Below are positions 45,903 through 53,382 of a DNA stretch of 64,000 bases, in pieces. Both the position numbers and the translations under genes were made by a program. This stretch comes from a virus. Within the stretch, counting starts at the first letter, position 1. Each line of letters begins with the position of its first letter. The notes under the pieces were generated by a model. That model had not been told where the DNA came from. It searched no databases and worked only from the letters and a program-made list of their open reading frames with translations. The stretch lies in IMG/VR virus record IMGVR_UViG_3300020187_003193, one strand, 5' to 3'.

Positions 45903-47509
45903 TGAACAAAAGTCAATTCATACAACTACTAGAACAAGAGGTAGAGGATTTTATCCAAACCCAAGCCGAAAAGGTCGTTAAATTCGAAGACGATCCAATG
46001 GCATACATACTTCAAAAGTATCCTTCATTACAAGGTACTTTAGAGGATTTAATGACTAGTAGCTTTGAAGACTACATTACAGGCATATATGTAATGGCAC
46101 CTAAGCCAACTACATTCAAAGTCTTACTACACAACGGACAACAATTCTACCTTATATATGCTAGGGATTCTTACATAGCAAAAATATCAGGTAAAAAATA
46201 CTACTTACTTAACCTTGGTGAAGAAGAATACGCTATTAAAGCAATAGCAGATTTACTTACAATGGGTAAACCTCCAGGATCACAAGGGCCTGACGCTGAA
46301 GAAGAAAATACCACTAACGCTGGTGAAGAAACAGAAGAAGTACCAGCTGAAGGAGGCGATGAAGGTGGAGAAGAAGAATTGGCAGAAACTAAAGAAAAAG
46401 TAGAAAAGCCAGTTAAAAAATCCATACTTAAATTTAAGATTTTAAAAGAAGACATAGAAAAAAAAAAGTCTCCTCTTAAATTCCGCATCTTAAAAGAATC
46501 CGATTTCAATGCTTTAACATTCTTCGATTTAGCTAAACGAGGAGGATTTAGATTTCAAATATTAGCAGACAAAATCAAAAATGGTTCGGCATTTGAATTA
46601 GTGGGCGGCGAATCAACACCACTACAATTCATAAACCCTGACCATGCTGAAATATTTGCTATTGGGGATTCAGCTGAAATCAAAAAACTAGCCCCCACCA
46701 ACTCAAATTTATTTAAATTCTTCAAAGACGACGCTGGTAAGGAATATTCTATAAAGGACTTACAGAAAAACGCTGAATTTGGAGGTAGAGGTAAAGGATC
46801 TGGAACAATAGTAGAAGATTACAATCTTAAATTACTTAAAGACCAGATAGCTAAACTAAAAGAAGAAAACAATACTTCATCCATAAATGTTTCTGTAGGA
46901 GGAAAAGTATACAACGATATAGTAGATGCTGAATCACAATTCGGTACCCCTAAATCAGATTTTAACTTAGTAGACAGCAAAGGCAACCCAGTTGTCTTTA
47001 TATCACATAAAAAAGCAGGGGGGAAAGGCGCCTCAGCAAACGATTTCATCAGATGGAGTGGATATACAATGTATAAAAACCACCCTGAAGTAAAGGCATT
47101 TAACGAGGCATTAGCTAAATGGGTAGACGAAAACAACCCTGGTGAAGGTTTACCTAACAAAACACGCTTTATATCTCGTATAGAGGATAAAGAACTTATC
47201 CAAAAACTTATATACGGACCAAAATTCGGTGAAGGGTTTAGCAAAGACAATGTATCTATTATTTTACAAGGTAAAATCGATCTTAGCCCTAAAGGAGACA
47301 ACACATACGAATTAACATCTCAACACGATCAAGTTCCACCTTCAATACCTGAAGGAGAATATTACCCATATCTTACATCAGCATATAGAGCAGATAGAGA
47401 AATGTTCGGTATTAAAAACAACGAAGCTATAGTAATGACTAAAGCACAATCAGGAAAATCGTCAAATGTATACGAACTCCAGAACGGAAAGTTTGTTAAA
47501 GTGAGATAA
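45902..47509 (+). CDS. Probable internal head protein with C-terminal PD-(D/E)XK-like nuclease domain
   Basis: MNKSQFIQLLEQE; acidic linker; LKE sites; GTPKSDF.L......VFISHK. Confidence 0.5.
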   Translation: MNKSQFIQLLEQEVEDFIQTQAEKVVKFEDDPMAYILQKYPSLQGTLEDLMTSSFEDYITGIYVMAPKPTTFKVLLHNGQQFYLIYARDSYIAKISGKKYYLLNLGEEEYAIKAIADLLTMGKPPGSQGPDAEEENTTNAGEETEEVPAEGGDEGGEEELAETKEKVEKPVKKSILKFKILKEDIEKKKSPLKFRILKESDFNALTFFDLAKRGGFRFQILADKIKNGSAFELVGGESTPLQFINPDHAEIFAIGDSAEIKKLAPTNSNLFKFFKDDAGKEYSIKDLQKNAEFGGRGKGSGTIVEDYNLKLLKDQIAKLKEENNTSSINVSVGGKVYNDIVDAESQFGTPKSDFNLVDSKGNPVVFISHKKAGGKGASANDFIRWSGYTMYKNHPEVKAFNEALAKWVDENNPGEGLPNKTRFISRIEDKELIQKLIYGPKFGEGFSKDNVSIILQGKIDLSPKGDNTYELTSQHDQVPPSIPEGEYYPYLTSAYRADREMFGIKNNEAIVMTKAQSGKSSNVYELQNGKFVKVR

Positions 47510-47530
47510 AAATATTATATTTATAATAAA

Positions 47531-47605
47531 CATACAGACAGATTCATAGCCTGTCGCGATTAAAAAAATTATAGGAGCTGTGGCCCACCTTTTGGATGGG
47601 CCACA
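47531..47605 (+). ncRNA. Candidate small RNA / cis element between late motif and terminator
   Basis: GACAG-ATTCATAGC-CTGTC hairpin, A7 tail, then TGTGGCCCA/TGGGCCACA hairpin. Confidence 0.35.
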
Positions 47606-47622
47606 CTTTATTCGTATATTTA
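47579..47622 (+). promoter_or_regulatory. Terminator hairpin overlapping early-type promoter
   Basis: 9-bp stem 47579-47605; TTTG (47591) in its loop, N20, TATATTTA (47615). Confidence 0.7.
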
Positions 47623-47642
47623 ATGGTTAAAAAGAAAAACAA

Positions 47643-48950
47643 ATGCCGAAACACGTAGTAATTATTGGAGCTGGAGTAGCGGGCGTAAACGCTGCCACAA
47701 AATTAGTTGACAACAATTTTGATGGAAAAATTACCATAATTGATATGGGAAAAGATCCATACAGACGTCCTTACGATGACGTAATGACCGGATTTTTAGG
47801 AGCAGGTGGTTGGTCAGATGGTAAATTAACATACCACACATCAATTGGTGGTCAACTATCAAAGTACACAGGCGAGGACAAAGCAATGGAGTTAATGGAT
47901 CAAGTGATCGAAAACTTCAAACGTTTCCACCCTAAACCAGAAGAAGTACAATGTTCAAATCCTGTAGCTGAACCCGATTTCATCAAACCATACTTTGGTT
48001 TACGTTTGTTTCCTGTATGGCACGTAGGTACAGATTATCTACACGAAATAGGTAAAAATTGGTTCGATTATCTAAAGTCTAAAGGTGTAGAATTTGTTTG
48101 GGAAACTAAAGTAAACGATATCGACTTCGATAGCAATATAGTACATGCTGGTGGAAGAGAAATACAATATGATGAACTTATCTTTGGTGTAGGTAAATCA
48201 GGTATCGACTTTGGTAAACAATTAGCTGAAAAATATGAATTACCAACTGAACCAAAATCAGTACAAATTGGTGTGCGATTCGAGGCACCACAAGAACACT
48301 TCCAAAAACTAATCGATGTATCTTACGATTTCAAATTGTATAGAAAATTCGAAGACGAGGGAGTATCGCTACGTTCATTCTGTACAAACAACAATGCAGC
48401 ATATGTAGCAGTAGAAGAAACATATGGAGATCATACGTACAATGGTCACGCTAAAAAAGACGAGAAGTTTAGAAACAACATGACAAACTTCGGTATTTTG
48501 ATGGAAATTAACGGTATAGAAAAACCATTTGATTGGTCAAGAAACGTTGTTAAACATGCACAAGGTATAAACTACGATACAAAAACAACAACAGGTCTAT
48601 ATTATAGCCCATCACGTAAACCATCAACAACATCTGAGGGTAAAGATGTATCTGCGATACAAATTGGACCTGCCGATTATGCTGAAGTACAAGAAGAATT
48701 TGGTGGATATTACAAGTACATAGAAGACTTCATCAATGATATGAAGAAAGTATTCCCAACACTTAAAAACGATTGGGGAGTTTACATACCAGAAGTCAAA
48801 TATTTATCACCAGAACCATTAGTAAATTATAATAATTTAAGCCTTACAAAATATGACAACGTCCACTTCGTCGGAGATGCTCTCTCAGCTAGAGGAATTA
48901 CAGTATCTGGAGCACAAGGAATCTACGTTGCCGAAGACATTATCGGATAA
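47643..48950 (+). CDS. FAD-dependent oxidoreductase (COG2509-like)
   Basis: VIIGAGVAG; GFLGAGGWSDGKL; IGVRFE; RSFCTN...NGH; HFVGD..ARGI..S..QG. Confidence 0.9.
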   Translation: MPKHVVIIGAGVAGVNAATKLVDNNFDGKITIIDMGKDPYRRPYDDVMTGFLGAGGWSDGKLTYHTSIGGQLSKYTGEDKAMELMDQVIENFKRFHPKPEEVQCSNPVAEPDFIKPYFGLRLFPVWHVGTDYLHEIGKNWFDYLKSKGVEFVWETKVNDIDFDSNIVHAGGREIQYDELIFGVGKSGIDFGKQLAEKYELPTEPKSVQIGVRFEAPQEHFQKLIDVSYDFKLYRKFEDEGVSLRSFCTNNNAAYVAVEETYGDHTYNGHAKKDEKFRNNMTNFGILMEINGIEKPFDWSRNVVKHAQGINYDTKTTTGLYYSPSRKPSTTSEGKDVSAIQIGPADYAEVQEEFGGYYKYIEDFINDMKKVFPTLKNDWGVYIPEVKYLSPEPLVNYNNLSLTKYDNVHFVGDALSARGITVSGAQGIYVAEDIIG

Positions 48951-49107
48951 CGAAATTGCGGACTTACTAGAGGCTATAGATTTATATTTTTTGTTCAATT
49001 ATGATTCGGATTCGTTCTTTGGCAAAAAGCTAGAAGAAATAAAGTTGTTTTTAGATTTAAGAAGCGAGGTTTTAGAGAGATATGACGCAGTAACAAAGGC
49101 TGACTAA
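48928..49107 (+). CDS. Small hypothetical protein (possible TTG start)
   Basis: 3' part of track ORF 48853..49107. Confidence 0.35.
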   Translation: MPKTLSDNEIADLLEAIDLYFLFNYDSDSFFGKKLEEIKLFLDLRSEVLERYDAVTKAD

Positions 49108-49133
49108 TATTTATTATAGTATAAACCCTTGAA

Positions 49134-49460
49134 ATGGAAGACAACTTATTTACAACAATCATAGCCATTGTTTCTTCAGCTGGATCTGTAGGAGCATGGA
49201 GGTTTTATGAAAGTAAACTAAAATTCAAAGCTCAACGAGCTGAAAATCCACAAAGGGCTAACGAACGATTTATTTCAGATCTACAATCACGTGTCTCTAA
49301 ACTAGAAGCATTGTTAATCCAATCATCTGAGGAAAAAGACTTCATGCGAGAAACAATAACTGAATTATCATCAGAGGTATCAGCACTAAAAGTCAAGATT
49401 CAATATTTGGAACAAGAAAACAATTACTTAAAAGGAAGTAAAAGACAAACACGAAAGTAG
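49134..49460 (+). CDS. N-terminal hydrophobic helix plus coiled coil (holin-like or lysis accessory)
   Basis: LFTTIIAIVSSAGSVGAW then heptads; late motif at 49106. Confidence 0.45.
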   Translation: MEDNLFTTIIAIVSSAGSVGAWRFYESKLKFKAQRAENPQRANERFISDLQSRVSKLEALLIQSSEEKDFMRETITELSSEVSALKVKIQYLEQENNYLKGSKRQTRK

Positions 49461-49491
49461 TAGGAGGGGCGAAAGCCCCTTCATATATTTA
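49460..49491 (+). promoter_or_regulatory. Early-type promoter with nested GNRA terminator hairpin
   Basis: GTAG-N20-TATATTTA; AGGGGC-GAAA-GCCCCT (49465-49480). Confidence 0.75.
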
Positions 49492-49514
49492 GGGGTTCAA
49501 TTAAAATAAAAGTT

Positions 49515-49763
49515 ATGACAAAAATTAAAGAAGATTACGCAACAAGAAATCTCAAAACACCTGAAGGTGTAAAAATCTCTTACTTCGACAACAAACTTCA
49601 TAGCTGGGATATACCCGCAATTCGCTATCCAAAATCAATGAAGCAAAAAAATGAATATTATCTATATGGTATTCAAAAAACAAAAGAAGAATGGATGGAA
49701 TTTAGACAAGACCGCAACGGAGTTCCACCAGAAAAAAATCCTCAAGTAACATCAAGATTTTAA
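49515..49763 (+). CDS. Small hypothetical protein
   Basis: KLHSWDIPA..Y....EYYLYG; leader AATAAAAGTTATG. Confidence 0.65.
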   Translation: MTKIKEDYATRNLKTPEGVKISYFDNKLHSWDIPAIRYPKSMKQKNEYYLYGIQKTKEEWMEFRQDRNGVPPEKNPQVTSRF

Positions 49764-49764
49764 T

Positions 49765-50187
49765 ATGAAGAAGAAGGCAGTTATAGTATCCGGATACTTT
49801 AACCCAATTCACAAAGGACATCTTGAGCTCTTCACGAAAGCGAAGGCTCAAGGTGATTACCTTTTTGTAATTGTAAATTCGGATTTGCAAAGAGAATTAA
49901 AGGGTTCAAAAGAATTCCAAGACGAAGTTGAACGTTTATTAATAGTACAAAGCCTCAAAAGGGTAGATGGTGCTATGGTATCAATAGACGAAGACAAAAC
50001 ACAATGCAAAACAATCGAGATGGCTTACAAATTACTATCAGACGAATACGATTTAGCTTTTGCAAATGGTGGTGATCAAAATAACCATTCTATACCAGAG
50101 GCTGGGATATGTGAAGCACTTGGCGTATCTTTAATAGATGGTTTAGGAGATAAAATACAATCTAGTAGTTGGTTATTAAATAAATAA
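49765..50187 (+). CDS. Cytidylyltransferase-family (HxGH) nucleotidyltransferase
   Basis: SGYFNPIHKGH...VIVNSD...ER...FANGGD...PE...KIQSSS. Confidence 0.9.
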   Translation: MKKKAVIVSGYFNPIHKGHLELFTKAKAQGDYLFVIVNSDLQRELKGSKEFQDEVERLLIVQSLKRVDGAMVSIDEDKTQCKTIEMAYKLLSDEYDLAFANGGDQNNHSIPEAGICEALGVSLIDGLGDKIQSSSWLLNK

Positions 50188-50190
50188 GTT

Positions 50191-50721
50191 ATGAAAATAG
50201 GTTTATGTGGTACAATGAGTGTAGGTAAAACTACATTAGTAAATGCTTTACAGCAATTAGAACAATTTAAAGGATATGAATTTGCTACTGAGCGTAGTAA
50301 ATATTTAAGTGGTTTAGGTATTCCATTGAATACTGATTCTACATTAAAAGGTCAAACAGTATTTTTAGCTGAGCGTTGTGCCGAATTAATTCATGATAAT
50401 ATCATTACAGATAGAACTGTAGTTGATGTAATGGCGTTTACAGAAAATGCTAAATCAATTGATTTTAAAGATAAAGAATATTTTAGTGAATATGCTAGAA
50501 ATTTCTTAGGTGAATATGATTATATATTCTATATTTCACCTGTAGGGATTGATATAGAAGATAATGGTGTTAGAGAAACTGATGCAAATTATAGAATGAC
50601 AATCGATGATTCTATATTACATATATTAAGTAGTTTTGGTCATAGATGTAAAAATGTACATGAATTAAAAGGTACAACTAATGAACGAATTGAGCAAATG
50701 CTCGGGTTTATTCAAGGTTAA
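50191..50721 (+). CDS. NadR/AAA_28-type P-loop nucleotide kinase
   Basis: KIGLCGTMSVGKTTL...IITDRTVVD..AF...YDYIFY...EDNGVR. Confidence 0.8.
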   Translation: MKIGLCGTMSVGKTTLVNALQQLEQFKGYEFATERSKYLSGLGIPLNTDSTLKGQTVFLAERCAELIHDNIITDRTVVDVMAFTENAKSIDFKDKEYFSEYARNFLGEYDYIFYISPVGIDIEDNGVRETDANYRMTIDDSILHILSSFGHRCKNVHELKGTTNERIEQMLGFIQG

Positions 50722-50747
50722 TATTTATATACAAAACACATTATATC

Positions 50748-51119
50748 ATGCAAGATAATTTTAGCATTAGAGACTGGAAACACGAAACAGTATACAAAGA
50801 AGAATTTGAAGGTTCTGGTAAAGTAGCTGAAGTAGAAGACTTTGAAGCAGACGCTGAGGATATCGAATTTGAAATCCCGGGCGACGAAAACGCTAAACCA
50901 GTAGTTGATAAAGACTTAAACAAGTCATTAAGTAAGCAAGATAAAATCATCAAACAGTGGCAAGATATCAATGCACAAATGCAAAGAAATCTTAAAAACT
51001 TTAAAGAAGCTGGTGATGAAGGTGCTAAAGATATGGCTAAAATAGCTCTAAAAGACTTAACCCCAGCATATAGAGCAGCTAAGGATGCTTACGAAAAACT
51101 AAAAGGTGTTAAACTTTAA
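50748..51119 (+). CDS. Acidic helical late protein
   Basis: Late motif at 50720; MQDNFSIRDW N-terminus resembles 44901. Confidence 0.6.
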   Translation: MQDNFSIRDWKHETVYKEEFEGSGKVAEVEDFEADAEDIEFEIPGDENAKPVVDKDLNKSLSKQDKIIKQWQDINAQMQRNLKNFKEAGDEGAKDMAKIALKDLTPAYRAAKDAYEKLKGVKL

Positions 51120-51486
51120 AAAACATTTACCACTATTAGTGGTAATCGGTTCATGTATATTAGTCTTTGCATTCTTAAATGACAAGGAAGACTATGTTGA
51201 TGAATATAATGCCAAAATAAAAGCACTAGAGGCTAAGGTCGATTCCTTACATAGTGAAAACGAAGGTTTAAACAACAATATACTTGAACTAAACCTTCAA
51301 ATTACAAATTTAGACAAAGAAATAGATTTACAAGACAATAAAATCTATACTCTAAATATCAAAACAAATGAAAAAGTTAGTTCTGTCGATCTTTTTAATG
51401 ACGATGAGCTTGAGCAGTTTTTCACAGACCGCTACAGACACGTCATCGATTCAATTACGAAAGCCAATAGCGAAGCTAGTAATTAA
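51106..51486 (+). CDS. Signal-anchor coiled-coil protein (i-spanin-like)
   Basis: N-terminal TM then long heptad run. Confidence 0.5.
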   Translation: MLNFKKHLPLLVVIGSCILVFAFLNDKEDYVDEYNAKIKALEAKVDSLHSENEGLNNNILELNLQITNLDKEIDLQDNKIYTLNIKTNEKVSSVDLFNDDELEQFFTDRYRHVIDSITKANSEASN

Positions 51487-51772
51487 AGATCTTATTATTG
51501 GAGATGGTTCAAAAGAACAAATCTCCATATTAAATACAAAAATAGGGTTATTAGAGAATAAAATTGTTCTAAAGGACAGCATTATATTCAATCTCAATAC
51601 GAAAGTAACAAACTACGAGAGTATACTTAACGTAAAAGGAGATCAACTAGCCATATCACAAGAACTTTCCAAAAAACTAGAAAAAGACTTAGCTAAAGCA
51701 AAACTCAAAAGCAAACTTGTGGGTGGAGCTGGACTGCTGTTAGCAGCTGGAGCAGCAATTCTACTTAAATAG
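51368..51772 (+). CDS. Signal-peptide coiled-coil protein with C-terminal hydrophobic tail (spanin partner-like)
   Basis: MKKLVLSIFLMTMSLSSFS-Q; overlaps previous ORF by 119 nt; C-terminal GGAGLLLAAGAAILLK. Confidence 0.45.
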   Translation: MKKLVLSIFLMTMSLSSFSQTATDTSSIQLRKPIAKLVIKDLIIGDGSKEQISILNTKIGLLENKIVLKDSIIFNLNTKVTNYESILNVKGDQLAISQELSKKLEKDLAKAKLKSKLVGGAGLLLAAGAAILLK

Positions 51773-51773
51773 T

Positions 51774-53357
51774 ATGGCAGAAAACCTAAAAGATATAATT
51801 AAATCCGAATTCATCAAGTGTGCCCAAGATCCGGTATACTTTATGAAAAAATATTACATGATTCAAAACCCACAAAAGGGTCGAATCAAGTTTAACTTAT
51901 ATCCATTCCAGGAACAAGTTCTCCGCCACATGCAAAACGAGAACTACCTTATAATAAACAAATCTCGTCAGTTAGGTATATCAACACTATGTTCTGCATA
52001 TGCTTTATGGATGATGTTGTTTCAAAAGGATAAGAACGTGCTGTGTATCGCAACAAAGCAAGAAACGGCGAAAAACATGGTAACCAAAGTACGATTTGCG
52101 TATGACCAATTACCAAAATGGCTGCAAATTAAAACAGTTGAACACAACAAACTATCCCTACGACTCGCAAACGGATCACAAATTAAAGCTACATCAGCAT
52201 CATCAGATGCAGGACGTTCAGAAGCAGTTTCTTTGTTACTAATAGATGAGGCAGCTTTTATTGATGGTATTGATGAGATATTCGCTTCAGCCCAACAAAC
52301 ACTAGCAACTGGGGGTGGATGTATAGCATTATCTACACCTTATGGTACAGGTAACTGGTTCCATTCTACATGGGTTAAAGCCGAAGCAAGAGAAAATACA
52401 TTTATTCCTGTACGTTTACCCTGGACTGTTCACCCTGAAAGGGAACAAGATTGGCGTGACCAACAAGATATTATTCTTGGAAATAGAATGGCAGCCCAAG
52501 AATGTGATTGCGATTTTAGCACATCCGGGGACACTGTAATAGAACCAGATATACTTAATTTTTATGATAAAACATTCCTACAAGAACCCGTTGAGCGTAG
52601 AGGAGTTGATGGAAGTTTATGGGTATGGGAAATACCAGATTATACAAAAACATATGTTGTAGTAGCCGATGTCGCTCGTGGAGACGGACAAGATTACTCA
52701 GCATTTCATGTATTTGATATAGAAGAAGCTACACAAGTGGCCGAATTTAAACAACAATTATCAACAAAAGACTTCGGTAACGTACTATATTCAATAGCTA
52801 CCGAATATAACGATGCTTTACTCGTAGTTGAAAACGCAAATATTGGATGGGCTGTAATACAACAGCTAATAGACAGAGGATATCGCAATCTTTACTATTC
52901 TCCCAAAATGGATGTAGGAATGGGCAACGCTGATCAGTATATTTCACGTTTCGAGAATGGGCAAGGTATGGTACCTGGATTCACTACATCAATGAAGACG
53001 AGACCACTTGTTATCTCCAAAATGGTTGCGTATGTTCACGAGAAGGCAGTTACAATACGTTCAAAACGTTTACTGGAAGAATTAAGAACATTCGTTTGGA
53101 AACATGGTAAAGCACAAGCACAAAATGGCTATAACGATGATTTAGTTATGGCATTTGGTATTGGTATGTTCTTAAGGGATACAGCATTACGTTTCCAACA
53201 ACAAGGAGTAGATATGGCGCGAGCAACATTAGGAAGTGTACATTCCACTAACTATCAAGCACCAAATGTTTACAGCGGTAATTCACAAATGCAAAATCCA
53301 TATGAAATGAAGGATTCGCATGGTAACAACGAAGACATTTCTTGGTTATTAGGTTAA
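51774..53357 (+). CDS. terL: Terminase large subunit (gp17-like)
   Basis: KSRQLGIS Walker A; LLLIDEAAF Walker B; STPYG; VADVARG.G.DYS; DDLVMA. Confidence 0.97.
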   Translation: MAENLKDIIKSEFIKCAQDPVYFMKKYYMIQNPQKGRIKFNLYPFQEQVLRHMQNENYLIINKSRQLGISTLCSAYALWMMLFQKDKNVLCIATKQETAKNMVTKVRFAYDQLPKWLQIKTVEHNKLSLRLANGSQIKATSASSDAGRSEAVSLLLIDEAAFIDGIDEIFASAQQTLATGGGCIALSTPYGTGNWFHSTWVKAEARENTFIPVRLPWTVHPEREQDWRDQQDIILGNRMAAQECDCDFSTSGDTVIEPDILNFYDKTFLQEPVERRGVDGSLWVWEIPDYTKTYVVVADVARGDGQDYSAFHVFDIEEATQVAEFKQQLSTKDFGNVLYSIATEYNDALLVVENANIGWAVIQQLIDRGYRNLYYSPKMDVGMGNADQYISRFENGQGMVPGFTTSMKTRPLVISKMVAYVHEKAVTIRSKRLLEELRTFVWKHGKAQAQNGYNDDLVMAFGIGMFLRDTALRFQQQGVDMARATLGSVHSTNYQAPNVYSGNSQMQNPYEMKDSHGNNEDISWLLG

Positions 53358-53382
53358 TTAATATTTATTATATATACATAAA

